From the NCBI GenBank assembly GCA_038231275.1, contig JBBRLQ010000037.1, forward strand, positions 1-64,000: a stretch of DNA of 64,000 nucleotides. Reading direction: 5' to 3'. Below, piece by piece: positions 49,831 to 60,040 of this stretch (its first letter is position 1; the number at the start of each line of letters is the position of its first letter). Made by a program: the position numbers and the translations under genes. Source of the stretch: Polyangiales bacterium (GTDB lineage: Bacteria; Myxococcota_A; Polyangia; Polyangiales; Polyangiaceae). A model generated the notes under the pieces. It was given only the letters and a program-made list of their open reading frames with translations. It had not been told where the DNA came from and did no database searches.

Positions 49831-51285
49831 ATGCGACAATCGCAGGGCGTGCAGGATCCGAAGACCATCTCGATCGCGGGCGAGCTCCTCGCGCGTCACG
49901 CGCACGCTCCGGCGGAGTCGATGGGGCTCGTGGTCGCGTGGTGCGCCGCCGAGCCGCGGCGCATCGGCGAGATCGCGCTCTTCGCGGAGCGCGGCGCGCT
50001 GCAGACGCTGGGCCGCGGCGAGGGGGACGGCGAGGCGCGCGTTCGGTTCTTCCGACAGCGGCCTGGACGACTGGCACCGACCGAACCACTCGCCGGTGCG
50101 ACGCTCTCGCGGAGCGTGCTGACGATCCAAGGTCGCGCGGGAACGCTCGACGTCACGCGATCGGGGAAGGCGGCGCTTGTCGTCAACGGCGCGGAGACCG
50201 AGCAGGCGACGCTGGGGCCCGGCGACACGGTGCTCGTCCGCGGGCAGCTCCTGCTCTTCTGCACGCGCCGCGTCGCGCAAATGCCGAAGACGGCGCTCTT
50301 GGAGGAGGACGCGTTCGGCGCGTTCGGCGAGCCCGACGCGACCGGGATCCTGGGGGAGTCGCCGGCGATCTGGAAGACGCGGGAGCGCGTCGCGTTCGCG
50401 GCGGCCGCGGGCAAGCACGTGCTCGTGCACGGGGAGAGCGGCAGCGGAAAGGAGCTGGTCGCGCGCGCCGTGCACGCGCTCTCGTCGCGTACGCGCGGCC
50501 CCTTCGTCTCGCGCAACGCGGCGACGCTGCCGCCTGCGCTCATCGACGCGGAGCTCTTCGGCAACGCGAAGAACTACCCGAATCCGGGGATGGCAGAGCG
50601 GCGCGGGCTCATCGGCGAGGCCGACGGAGGCGTGCTCTTCCTCGACGAGATCGCCGAGCTCCCGCTGGAGCAGCAGAGCCACCTCCTGCGCGCGCTCGAC
50701 GGCGGCGGCGAGCACCAGCGGCTCGGCGACGCGACGATCCGCCGCTCGGATCTCGTCCTCGTCGGCGCCACGAACCGCGATATCGGGGCGCTGCGCGAAG
50801 ATCTTGCGGCGCGGTTCCCGCTTCGCATTCCCCTCCCCTCGCTCGACGCGCGGCGCGAGGACATCCCGCTCCTCGTACGTCACGTGCTCCTGCGCGCCGC
50901 GCGCGAGAGCCCCAAGGTCGCCGGCCGCTTCGTTCGCGCTGCGCCCGACGGCGTGCTGGAGCCGAGCGTCGACCCCGCCCTCGTCGAGGAGCTCCTCGTG
51001 CGGGCGTACACGACGAACGTGCGTGAGCTCGAGGCGCTCTTGTGGCGCGCGATGGCGGCCAGCCCCGGCGATACGGTCGTGCTCGCCGACGATCTTCGGA
51101 GCGAGAACGTGGGGCGTGGCGCGGAGCCCAGCGCTGCGCAGATCCGTGCCGCGCTCCATGGAGCCGCCGGAAGCGTGAAGCGCGCCGCCCAAGCGCTCGC
51201 GCTGCCGAGCCGCTACGCGCTCTACCGCCTCATGAAGAAGCACGCGATCGAAGCGGACGCCTCGGCGGGCCGCGAGGAAGAGTAG
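49831..51285 (+). CDS. FHA-like sigma54-interaction (bEBP) Fis-family regulator lacking GAFTGA
   Basis: GESGSGKE, ELFGNAKNYPNPG, FLDEI, NVREL, C-terminal HTH. Confidence 0.88.
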   Translation: MRQSQGVQDPKTISIAGELLARHAHAPAESMGLVVAWCAAEPRRIGEIALFAERGALQTLGRGEGDGEARVRFFRQRPGRLAPTEPLAGATLSRSVLTIQGRAGTLDVTRSGKAALVVNGAETEQATLGPGDTVLVRGQLLLFCTRRVAQMPKTALLEEDAFGAFGEPDATGILGESPAIWKTRERVAFAAAAGKHVLVHGESGSGKELVARAVHALSSRTRGPFVSRNAATLPPALIDAELFGNAKNYPNPGMAERRGLIGEADGGVLFLDEIAELPLEQQSHLLRALDGGGEHQRLGDATIRRSDLVLVGATNRDIGALREDLAARFPLRIPLPSLDARREDIPLLVRHVLLRAARESPKVAGRFVRAAPDGVLEPSVDPALVEELLVRAYTTNVRELEALLWRAMAASPGDTVVLADDLRSENVGRGAEPSAAQIRAALHGAAGSVKRAAQALALPSRYALYRLMKKHAIEADASAGREEE

Positions 51286-51295
51286 TCTCTTATCG

Positions 51296-53944
51296 ATGGC
51301 CAGACCCGGCGTTGGCCAGACCCTCGGCCGCTATCGCATCGTCCGGGTGCTCGGCGAAGGCGGCATGGGCATCGTCTTCGAGGCGGTCGACGAGAAGCTC
51401 GATCGCTCGGTCGCGCTTAAGGTGCTCGGCGAGTCCGTCGCGGGCGATCCCGCGCGTCGTCAGCGATTTCTCCGCGAGGCGCGGATGACCGCGGCGCTGT
51501 CGCACCCGAACATCGCGTCGGTGTACGACATCGGTGAGACGGACGGCGGCGACGTCTACATCGCGATGGAACTCGCGCCTGGCGTCACGCTGAGGCGACG
51601 GACCGACCGAGAGCGGCTCGACGTCGGGGCTGCGCTCCGCGTCGCCGATCAGATCGCGCGCGCCTTGGCCAAGGCGCACGCCCACGGCATCGTGCACCGC
51701 GATCTGAAGCCCGAGAACGTGATGGTGAGCGACGACCTAAGCGTAAAAGTGCTCGATTTTGGGCTCGCCAAGGCGATCGCGATCGACGTCGTCGCGCCGC
51801 CCCCGGAGGCCGGCCCGCCCCCGTCGCTGCTCACGGCGAGCGAGCGGCTGCTCGGGACACCTGGCTACATGTCCCCCGAGCAGGCGAGCGGAGCGCCGCT
51901 CGACGCGCGCACCGATCTCTTCGCGTTCGGCGTCGTGCTCTTCGAGCTCACCACCGGCGCGCGTCCATTCACGGGCGCGTCGATCATGGACGTTCTGGTC
52001 GCGACGAGCCGCGACGAGCCACCTCGTCCGTCGAAGATCGCGCCCGCGATGGCTCCGGGCCTCGAGCGGCTCATCCTGCGCTGCCTCGAGAAGAACCCCG
52101 ACGCGCGCTACGCGAACGCACGAGAGCTCCTGGACGCACTGGCCGAGCTCGACGCGGCGCCGTTGGCCGTGGCCTCTCGCGGCGGGGAGAGCGCGACGCC
52201 GACCGTGGACGCGTCCCACGACGAAGTCGGCGCGCGTGCCAACGCCGCGCGACCGGCGTGGCGACCCTCGAGGCGTGCCGGTGCTGGACTCGTGGTCGCG
52301 CTCCTCGTTCTCGTGGTGGGAGTCCTCGTTGCGCGGGGGAAGCGCGTCGCGCACCGCGACCCGACGACGCTCCCCTCCCCGGCGCCGACCGCCACTGCGG
52401 TCACTGATCTGGCGCCGCCGGCGTCCAGCAATCCGCTCGTCCTCTCCGAATACGTCGCCGGCGTGCAGGCGCTCCGCGACGACGACTGGGGCGTCGCGCT
52501 CTCGCACTTCAAGCGCGTCGTCGAGCTCGACCCGATGCTCGCCCTCGGGCACCTGCGCCTCGCGATGGCCGCCGAAGGAACGCTCGACGAGACGATCCGT
52601 CGCGAGCACTACGCCAAAGCAGTGACCCTGCGCGCGCAGCTGGGCCCTCGTGACGCCGCGATGATGGTGGCGATCGAGCCCGTGCTCCAGCGCGTGCGCG
52701 AGGATCGCGGCGAGGCGGTGCGGCGCCTGCGCGAGGTCGCCAACCGGTACCCGAACGACACGGAGATCCAGGTGTGGCTGGCGTTCCTCCTCCAAGCAGA
52801 CGCCGCGGGGCTATCGTTCGCCGACCGCGCGATCGCCCTTGATCCGCGCGACGGGCAGGCCTGGCAGTCGCGCGGCGACATCCTCGCGACGCTCGGCAGG
52901 AGCGACGAATCGCGCGTGTCGTATGAGCGGTGCGGCGCGATCTCGCCGGGCTCGGCGGAGTGCTTCCTTGGCCTCGTGTGGCTCGAATCGATGGAGGGGC
53001 GCTGCACCGACGCTGAGCACGCCGCGCGGCGCGCGGTCGATCGCGATCCAAAGCTCGGCAGCAACCTGGCGTGCGCGATGTTCGGCGCGGGGCGTCCGAT
53101 CGAGGCCGTGCGCGAGGTGATCGAGCAGTCCGCCGCGGCGTACGGCACCACGAGCACCTGGCAGAGGAACGTCGACGAGACGCGCGCGGCGGTGGTCACC
53201 GGCGACTTCGTCCTCGGGCGCGTCCTCGCCGAGCACTACCGCGCGCTCGCCGAGGCCGATCCGACCGCTCCGTTCCGCGACCACCTCCTGTCGACGGTGC
53301 TGCTCGTTGGCATCGCGCGCGAGACCGGCGATCTGGATCTTGCTTCCCGCGTTGCGTGGAGCTTCGTCAGCCGGAGCGAGGCCTGGAGTCAGACCGCGCA
53401 GGGCGACGCGGGGCTCGACGCGTCGCTCGCCCTGGCGCGTCAGACGGTGCGCGCGGGCGGCCTGTCGCAGGCGGACTTCGAGGCGCGACGGGCGGCGTGG
53501 ATCGTCGCGCACCGGCGCACCCTCGCGCAGCGCGGCCTCGTATGGACCTACGCGTTCGCGGCCACCGCCGAAACGCGGGACGAGGCCGTCGCCGCGCTCG
53601 CCGCCCTCCCCGCGTACGCGCCGCTCACGTCGTTCGTGTATTATGCAGGTATCCCCGACGCGGAGATCGGTAGCACCTACCTCCGCGCGGGCAGGGTCGA
53701 CGAGGCCCTCCCCTACCTGACGCGCGCCGCGGCGAGCTGCGTTGCGTTCCGGCACCCGTTTGTCCACGCGCGCGCGACGATGGAGCTCGGGCAAGCGCTC
53801 GAAGAGAAGGGCGAGACCGCCGGCGCGTGCGACGCGTACGCGAAGGTCGTCGCGCGCTGGGGAAACGCGAAGCCTCGCTCGGTGAGCGCGGAGAAGGCCC
53901 GCGCGCGACGCACCGCGCTTGCCTGCAAGCCGCTCCCACGCTGA
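51296..53944 (+). CDS. Ser/Thr protein kinase with TM segment and TPRs
   Basis: GEGGMG, VALK, HRDLKPEN, DFG, GTPGYMSPE. Confidence 0.95.
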   Translation: MARPGVGQTLGRYRIVRVLGEGGMGIVFEAVDEKLDRSVALKVLGESVAGDPARRQRFLREARMTAALSHPNIASVYDIGETDGGDVYIAMELAPGVTLRRRTDRERLDVGAALRVADQIARALAKAHAHGIVHRDLKPENVMVSDDLSVKVLDFGLAKAIAIDVVAPPPEAGPPPSLLTASERLLGTPGYMSPEQASGAPLDARTDLFAFGVVLFELTTGARPFTGASIMDVLVATSRDEPPRPSKIAPAMAPGLERLILRCLEKNPDARYANARELLDALAELDAAPLAVASRGGESATPTVDASHDEVGARANAARPAWRPSRRAGAGLVVALLVLVVGVLVARGKRVAHRDPTTLPSPAPTATAVTDLAPPASSNPLVLSEYVAGVQALRDDDWGVALSHFKRVVELDPMLALGHLRLAMAAEGTLDETIRREHYAKAVTLRAQLGPRDAAMMVAIEPVLQRVREDRGEAVRRLREVANRYPNDTEIQVWLAFLLQADAAGLSFADRAIALDPRDGQAWQSRGDILATLGRSDESRVSYERCGAISPGSAECFLGLVWLESMEGRCTDAEHAARRAVDRDPKLGSNLACAMFGAGRPIEAVREVIEQSAAAYGTTSTWQRNVDETRAAVVTGDFVLGRVLAEHYRALAEADPTAPFRDHLLSTVLLVGIARETGDLDLASRVAWSFVSRSEAWSQTAQGDAGLDASLALARQTVRAGGLSQADFEARRAAWIVAHRRTLAQRGLVWTYAFAATAETRDEAVAALAALPAYAPLTSFVYYAGIPDAEIGSTYLRAGRVDEALPYLTRAAASCVAFRHPFVHARATMELGQALEEKGETAGACDAYAKVVARWGNAKPRSVSAEKARARRTALACKPLPR

Positions 53945-54039
53945 GCGATCGGGCGTTCGGGCGTTCGCGCGAACACGACACCGTGTGCGCGCACAGCGGC
54001 GACGACCAGAAAGCGCAAGGGTTACGCGCCCGACGTCTC

Positions 54040-54055
54040 TGGCGCAGAGCTTGAA
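54040..54055 (+). promoter_or_regulatory. Possible sigma54 -24/-12 promoter
   Basis: TGGCGCA-GAGC-TTGAA; correct spacing, non-consensus -12. Confidence 0.4.
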
Positions 54056-54084
54056 AAGAGCTCTGCCCGGAGGATGAAAAATAC

Positions 54085-55362
54085 ATGACGCGAAAGCTTA
54101 GTCTCGGGCTCGTTCGTGGATCGCTCGTCAACGCGGGGGTGCTCGGCAGCGCGGCGCTTCTTGTCGGCGCGTTCGGCACGGGCGCGTGCACGGTGACATC
54201 GACCAACGCGGGACCGGACGCAGGCCCGCTCGCCGATGGCGGTCCGACTTCGGACGCGCAGGCCGACGGCGCGCCGAAGCCGGACTCCGGCGACGGAGCG
54301 GCGACGACCGTGCTCGGCTTCACGCCGTCCAACATCGATCTGACGGGCATGGACCTGTCCATCGCGGGCGACTTCGTGGCGAACACCAACAAATGCACGA
54401 TCAGCTCCGAGCAGCTCCAGGCGACCGACTGCCAGAACGGCGTCGACGTCCTCGCCTTCAAGGTCATGACCCAGAGCGACGGCAGCAAGGTCGGCGTCTA
54501 CGTCGCGAAGTCGATCCGCGTCGAGGTCGGCGCGCAGCTCGTGGTCATCGGAATCCTCCCCGTGGTCCTCGTCGCGCTCGACAAGATCGAGATCTTCGGC
54601 GGCGTCATCGCGGCGGGCAAAGGCGAGGTCGCGGTGTGCGGCGGCGGCACGCAGAACACCGCGAACACCAAGGGCGGTGGTCCGGGCGGCGGCGGCGCGG
54701 GCTCGCCGACCGGCGCGGGCGGCGGCGGCTCGTACTGCGGCATCGGCGGCGCGGGCGCGTTCGAGAGCGGCACCGGCGGCGGCGGCGGCGCGGCGTTCGG
54801 ATCGCCGGCGCTCTCTCCGCTCCTCGGCGGCGCGTCGGGCGGCGCGGGAAGCGGCGGCGCCGCGGGCGCGGGCGGCGGCGCGGTGCAGCTCGTCGCGGCG
54901 AACAGCGTGACGGTCGCGGCCGGCGCGTTCGTGCACGTCGGCGGCGGCGGCGGCGGGTTCGGCGGCGCCTCCGGTGGCCAAGAGGCGAACGGCGGCGGAA
55001 GCGGCGGCGCGATCCTCCTCGAGTCGCTCTCCGTGACCGTCGCCGGCATCCTCGCCGCGAACGGCGCGGGCGGCGGCGAAGGCGCGCTCGGCAACTCCGG
55101 CAACGACGCGACGGGCGACGACAAGGTCGCGCTCGGCGGCAACGACGTCGCGAAGGGCTCGAACGGCGGCAACGGCAGCGCTGCGGCGGTCCTGAACGGC
55201 ACCGATGGCGTCGCGGCGGTCGGCGCGACGGCCGGCGGCGGCGGCGGCGGCGCAGGGCGAATCCGCATCAACACGAAGAGCGGCGCGGCGACGCTGACCG
55301 GCGCGAAGCTTTCGCCGGCGGCGACGACGGCCTGCGCCACGCAGGGCACGGTGAAGCCGTGA
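54085..55362 (+). CDS. Gly-rich lipoprotein
   Basis: TGAC lipobox; GGGSGGAI.L motifs. Confidence 0.8.
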   Translation: MTRKLSLGLVRGSLVNAGVLGSAALLVGAFGTGACTVTSTNAGPDAGPLADGGPTSDAQADGAPKPDSGDGAATTVLGFTPSNIDLTGMDLSIAGDFVANTNKCTISSEQLQATDCQNGVDVLAFKVMTQSDGSKVGVYVAKSIRVEVGAQLVVIGILPVVLVALDKIEIFGGVIAAGKGEVAVCGGGTQNTANTKGGGPGGGGAGSPTGAGGGGSYCGIGGAGAFESGTGGGGGAAFGSPALSPLLGGASGGAGSGGAAGAGGGAVQLVAANSVTVAAGAFVHVGGGGGGFGGASGGQEANGGGSGGAILLESLSVTVAGILAANGAGGGEGALGNSGNDATGDDKVALGGNDVAKGSNGGNGSAAAVLNGTDGVAAVGATAGGGGGGAGRIRINTKSGAATLTGAKLSPAATTACATQGTVKP

Positions 55363-56135
55363 AGCGTCTCGCTGTCCTCACCGTCGGCACGCTCGTCGCG
55401 ATCGTCACGGGGCTCGCCACGAGCCCCGCGGCGGTCGCCGATCCGACGCGTGCACCTGCCCCGCCATCGAGCCCGACCTCGGTCCCCAACCCCGATCGCG
55501 ATCCGGTCCCGCCCGCGCCGCTCTGCCTCTACATGGATGACGTCACGTCGTGGGGAGTGTGCTCGGCGAAGTGCGACGGCATCAGCACCGACTACAAGAT
55601 CGTGTCGACGATTCCGCAAGCGTGCGACGAGCTCGGGCGCGTCTACCGAACCGGGCTTCGTTTCCGCGGCAACCCGCAGTCGCCGCCGAATTTCGCGGAG
55701 GCCTTCCGGTTCTTCGGGCTCGCGTGCTCGCCGATCAAGACCGTGCCCGGTGTCATTCCCGCGCAGCCGTTCTGGGCAGGCTGCTTCGATCAGGGCACGG
55801 CGTTCCTCACCGGCGAGGGCACGGCGAAGGACGAGGTCGCGGCGCGCCGGCTGTACGTACAGGCATGCGGCCTCGCGGCGGCGAGCGTGACGTACGAGGC
55901 GTGCTACGCGCTCGGCGAGCTCTACGAAGCGGGGACCGGCGGTCCGAAAGACCTCGGCGCCGCACACGAGGCCTACAAGAAGGCGTGCAGCGCGAGCTAC
56001 CCGCGCGCCTGCCGCGCGGCGCTCCGCGTCCAGCCCGCGACGAGGGGCCCCGCGCATCCGCCGCCCGGGACGACGCCGACGAGCATCCCGACGCCGCCCC
56101 ACGTGCCTGGGCCGAGGGGCGCTCCCGTTCGATAG
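55359..56135 (+). CDS. Sel1-like repeat exported protein
   Basis: Signal peptide; ACYALGELYEAG..GPKD...A...YKKAC. Confidence 0.8.
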   Translation: MKRLAVLTVGTLVAIVTGLATSPAAVADPTRAPAPPSSPTSVPNPDRDPVPPAPLCLYMDDVTSWGVCSAKCDGISTDYKIVSTIPQACDELGRVYRTGLRFRGNPQSPPNFAEAFRFFGLACSPIKTVPGVIPAQPFWAGCFDQGTAFLTGEGTAKDEVAARRLYVQACGLAAASVTYEACYALGELYEAGTGGPKDLGAAHEAYKKACSASYPRACRAALRVQPATRGPAHPPPGTTPTSIPTPPHVPGPRGAPVR

Positions 56136-56141
56136 TCCACG

Positions 56142-57410
56142 CTACGTTTCTGCGCGGCCGTCGCGACGAGCACCCATCGTCGCGACGAGCCCGCAGATCG
56201 CGGCGAAGGACACCCAGGCGCCGGGCATCGCGCGGTTGTGCGTCACGTGGATGAGCCAGGTGACGATCGCCGGCGTGAAGCCTCCGAAGAGGGCCGCGGC
56301 GAGGCTATAGGCGAGTGAGAATCCGACGGTCCGCACCTCCATCGGCATGATCTCGGTGAGGTGCACGATCATCGCGGCGTTGTAGCTCGCGTAAAGAAAT
56401 GAGAGCCAAAGCTCCACGACGAGCAGGCGCGGGAACGACGGCGCCATGACGAGCCACGCCATCGCGGGGTACGCGGTGAGGAGCATCACGAGGGTACAGG
56501 CGACGAGGAGCGGCCGTCGTCCGATGCGATCGGAGAGGCTCCCCATGATCGGCAGCCAGAACAGGTTCGAGAGGCCGACGCACAGCGTGACCCCGAGGCT
56601 GTCGTCGTTCGAGAGGTGCAGTACCTCGCGCCCGAACGTCGGGGTGTACGCGGTGATCGTGTAGAACGACACCGTCGACATCGTGACGAGCAAGACGCCG
56701 CGGAGGACGATCCGGTAGTGCCCGAAGAGCGAGCGAAGGATCTCGCGCTGCGACGGACGTCTCTTGCGGGCGAGGAACTCTTCGGTCTCCGCGAGCGAGC
56801 GGCGGATCATGAAGAGGAGCGGCACGATCGTGCAGCCGATCAGGAGCGGCACGCGCCAGCCCCACGCGGTCATCTGATCGGTCCCGAGCGTGCGGCTCAA
56901 GAGGACGCCGAGGAGCGCCGCAAAGGCGACCGCGAGCTGCTGGCTCGCCGACTGCCAACTCACGTAAAAGCCCTTGTTTCCCGGCGTCGCGATTTCCGAC
57001 AGGTACACCGAAACGCCGCCGAGCTCCGCGCCCGCGGACAGGCCTTGGAGGAGTCGCCCGAGGACGACGAGGATCGGCGCGAAGAGGCCGAGCGTCTCGT
57101 AACCGGGCACCGCCGCGATCGAGAGCGTGCCGATCGACATGAGTCCGAGCGTGAGGAGGAGCCCGCGACGCCGACCGTGGTGATCGATGTACGCGCCGAG
57201 GACGATCGCGCCCAGCGGCCGCATCAGGAAGCCGACGCCGAACGTCATCAGCGAGAGCATCAGCGACGCGAACTCGCTCTGGCCCGGGAAGAACGCGCGC
57301 GCGATCGACGACGCGTAGTACCCGAAGACCATGAAGTCGTACATCTCCAGGAAGTTGCCGCTGGCAACCCGGAGAACCCCCCAGACCTTCTGTCGTCGCG
57401 CGTCGATCAC
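56142..57410 (-). CDS. MFS metabolite:H+ symporter, citrate/tricarballylate (CitA/TcuC-like)
   Basis: [33 protein letters not shown]. Confidence 0.92.
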   Translation of the reverse strand: MIDARRQKVWGVLRVASGNFLEMYDFMVFGYYASSIARAFFPGQSEFASLMLSLMTFGVGFLMRPLGAIVLGAYIDHHGRRRGLLLTLGLMSIGTLSIAAVPGYETLGLFAPILVVLGRLLQGLSAGAELGGVSVYLSEIATPGNKGFYVSWQSASQQLAVAFAALLGVLLSRTLGTDQMTAWGWRVPLLIGCTIVPLLFMIRRSLAETEEFLARKRRPSQREILRSLFGHYRIVLRGVLLVTMSTVSFYTITAYTPTFGREVLHLSNDDSLGVTLCVGLSNLFWLPIMGSLSDRIGRRPLLVACTLVMLLTAYPAMAWLVMAPSFPRLLVVELWLSFLYASYNAAMIVHLTEIMPMEVRTVGFSLAYSLAAALFGGFTPAIVTWLIHVTHNRAMPGAWVSFAAICGLVATMGARRDGRAET

Positions 57411-57455
57411 GCGGCGAGCGTAGACCACCGCCCCGGCGCGCGGAACGCGGCGTCA

Positions 57456-57483
57456 AGGCCTGACCGAAAAGCCGGTCAGGCCT
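57456..57483. terminator. Hairpin downstream of the PARG-like gene
   Basis: AGGCCTGACCG-aaaagc-CGGTCAGGCCT; no clear U tract. Confidence 0.4.
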
Positions 57484-57525
57484 CTCCGTCAGGAGTCGTT
57501 TCGCTCCGCTGCGCTTCGCTCCACT

Positions 57526-58545
57526 TCAGTTGCCGTCGGAGACGCCCCACGCGAAGCCGAGCTTCTCGAGGTGGAGGACGACGTCGCCCACCGGGCGATT
57601 CGGCGTCTCGAGGAGACGCGTCGTGAAGAGGCGCGAGGCCTCCGCGAAATCCCCCTCCCCTTCGTCGTCGAACGTGAAGAAGACCAGCTCGTCGATCTGC
57701 GCGAGGCGCGCCGCATAGATCTGGACGATCGCCATGAGCGTGCGATTGCCTCCATACGCGCCGGTGCCCCAGTGGCCCGAGTGGATGATGGTGCGCGCAT
57801 TCGGGCGGACGCGACGCGACTCGCGCTTCGCCGCGGCGAAGCCGGTGAACGCGGTGCGGAGGGCGCGCGTGATCGTCTCCGCCGTGTACTTCCCGCGCCC
57901 GCCCCACGGCGCTTCGATCGCGAGGACGTTCGTGATCGTCGGCGGCTCGAGTCGCTTCACGGCGCGAGCGAGAAGCGCATCGCTCGCCTGCTGGAGGGCA
58001 TTGCCATAAATCGAGCGACCGTCGAGGCGCGTCGTGATCGCGCACCGGCGCTCTACGCCCATGACGAGGACTGGCGTGGGCAGCTCGTCTTCGGTCGTGA
58101 GCGCAGGGAAGCCGTCCGGCTTGGTCGCGAGGATCCGTTCGCGCAGTGACGCGAGCGCGGGGTGCTCCGCGACCTGCATCTCATCCTGCGCGAATGCCGC
58201 GCCGCCGTACGCGAAGAAGAGGTGCGCGTCGGCGAAGTTGACGTGCCAGGGCACGACGTCCGCCTCATACGTCGCGTCGTAGGTGGTGAGGCCGGCGCGG
58301 GCGGTCGCTCGGACGGGCGGGGTCGGCGTCGTCTCCGGCAGATCCGCAGCGGCCCATCGTGACGCGTCGATCGTTCCGCCATGCGTGCTGCCATGGGCGC
58401 TGCCCGGCGGGCACGCGATGGCGTGGATGCGCTGCTTGTTCAGGTTTGTGATGCGCGGCGGGTGTGCCCGCACCAGCGACTCGGCGTCGCTGCGGAGTCG
58501 TCCCAACGTCGTCAGCTCCACGTTCACGGCGGCAGAAAGAGTCAT
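57526..58545 (-). CDS. Poly(ADP-ribose) glycohydrolase-like macrodomain protein
   Basis: VNFAD...YGG..FAQDE and SGHWGTGAYGGN...VQIYAA...LVFFTFD parallel the PARG motifs VDFAN, GGG-QEE, TGNWGCGAFGG and YFTF. Confidence 0.75.
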   Translation of the reverse strand: MTLSAAVNVELTTLGRLRSDAESLVRAHPPRITNLNKQRIHAIACPPGSAHGSTHGGTIDASRWAAADLPETTPTPPVRATARAGLTTYDATYEADVVPWHVNFADAHLFFAYGGAAFAQDEMQVAEHPALASLRERILATKPDGFPALTTEDELPTPVLVMGVERRCAITTRLDGRSIYGNALQQASDALLARAVKRLEPPTITNVLAIEAPWGGRGKYTAETITRALRTAFTGFAAAKRESRRVRPNARTIIHSGHWGTGAYGGNRTLMAIVQIYAARLAQIDELVFFTFDDEGEGDFAEASRLFTTRLLETPNRPVGDVVLHLEKLGFAWGVSDGN

Positions 58546-58638
58546 ATATACTTTATATGACCCCCTCGCCCAAAGCGCAAGGGGGCGATGCCGGCCAAAT
58601 GGGAAGGAGTCACCTCCGCCGGCGTATCAAGACGGGCC

Positions 58639-59337
58639 ATGGACCTTGCTCCGCACGTCCCGGCGATGGTGGCGACCGGCCTCCTCCTCGGGGTATGGGC
58701 CGTCCTCGGCGCGGCGATGGGGTGGCTGGCGCACGCGCGGATGACGCGCATCGAGGCTGCGACCGGTCGCCGCGCGGTGCCTGCGCTCGAGCGCGAGCTC
58801 CTCTGGTACGCGCTGGCCTCGTTGGTCTGGCTGTCGGCGGGGATCGTCGCCGTCATCTGCGTCGCCAAGCGCGAATGGGCGCGTGTAGGCCGAAACGCGA
58901 CGGTGCTGTTCGTGCTGCAGGTGGCGCTCGCCGTCCTCGCGGCAGGGGCGTGCGCCGCGGTGAACGCCGAGGCCGAGCACGAGAGCGTGCTGCCTTCGGC
59001 GAAGGAGCTCTTCGCGCTCGCGGTGGCGGCGTGCGTGCTGGCGTCGATCAACTTCCTGGTCACGTGCGGCTTCGCATGGGTGTGGGCGAGCGCGAGGCGT
59101 GATCGGCTCGTGCGCGGCGCGCGACCGGGCGCGGGGCCGGGAGCGTGGCGCTTCGCGGCCTACGTGGGCAGCCTCTTCTTTTGGCCGGTCGGCTTCGTGT
59201 GCGTGGGCGTCTTGTCATCGCCGGCCGACGCGACGGTCGGTGCGCGCGCCTTTCGCCTCTCGCTCGTCAACGTCGCTGTGACGGCCCTCGCGGTCTGTGT
59301 CGCCCTGCCTTTGTTGCTCCGCGCCTGGATGCGCTGA
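58639..59337 (+). CDS. Membrane protein
   Basis: About 6 hydrophobic segments. Confidence 0.65.
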   Translation: MDLAPHVPAMVATGLLLGVWAVLGAAMGWLAHARMTRIEAATGRRAVPALERELLWYALASLVWLSAGIVAVICVAKREWARVGRNATVLFVLQVALAVLAAGACAAVNAEAEHESVLPSAKELFALAVAACVLASINFLVTCGFAWVWASARRDRLVRGARPGAGPGAWRFAAYVGSLFFWPVGFVCVGVLSSPADATVGARAFRLSLVNVAVTALAVCVALPLLLRAWMR

Positions 59338-59343
59338 CCGGCG

Positions 59344-59931
59344 CTACTTCTTGCCGAGGAGGATCGTGACCTCGGCGGTCGCGCCGGCGGGGCCTCCCAC
59401 GACGGGCTTGATCACGCGGAGGTCGGCGGACTTCTCGTCTTTGACGTACTGCGAGGGCACGACGACCTCTTCGCAGCTCGTCGGCGACTCCTTGCAGTTG
59501 CTCTCCGCCATGTTGCGCGTGCGCCCTGCGCCGGGCATCGCGAATGGCGGCGTCCGGAGCGCGGCGAGCCCGCTACCGCACGACTCGCCGGTTTTTCCGG
59601 CGTTCGGCGCGTAGCAGAAGACCTGGACGTCGAGGACCATCGGGTTCCCCTCGAGCGGCGTGCCCTTCGCGGGGCTCGGGATCGTGGGGACGAGATCTTC
59701 CCCGGGCAGCTTGTTCACGCCGCACCCGGTCGCGGTGACGGTGAACCGGCCGCTCGTGTATTGCGCGGCGCATACCCTCGCCGCCGCGTCCGCGACAGTG
59801 CGCGCATCGGCGCGGATCGCGTCGAGCGTCGGCTTCACCTCGTCGGGCACCTTTCTTCCGCAGCCGGAGACGAGGAGGAGAACGATCGCCGCCGAAGCGA
59901 CGGAACCAACGCGCGCGCGGGAAGAGATCAT
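59344..59931 (-). CDS. Hypothetical lipoprotein
   Basis: VSGC lipobox. Confidence 0.75.
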   Translation of the reverse strand: MISSRARVGSVASAAIVLLLVSGCGRKVPDEVKPTLDAIRADARTVADAAARVCAAQYTSGRFTVTATGCGVNKLPGEDLVPTIPSPAKGTPLEGNPMVLDVQVFCYAPNAGKTGESCGSGLAALRTPPFAMPGAGRTRNMAESNCKESPTSCEEVVVPSQYVKDEKSADLRVIKPVVGGPAGATAEVTILLGKK

Positions 59932-60040
59932 GCTGCGTTTCTACGCCCAGCTCGAGCGTGCACGCAAGACCGCCCGGCCCACCAGAGCACAGCAACAAGA
60001 AAGTGCGCCGCGCTCGAGCGCTTCTTGTAGTCCTCCCACG

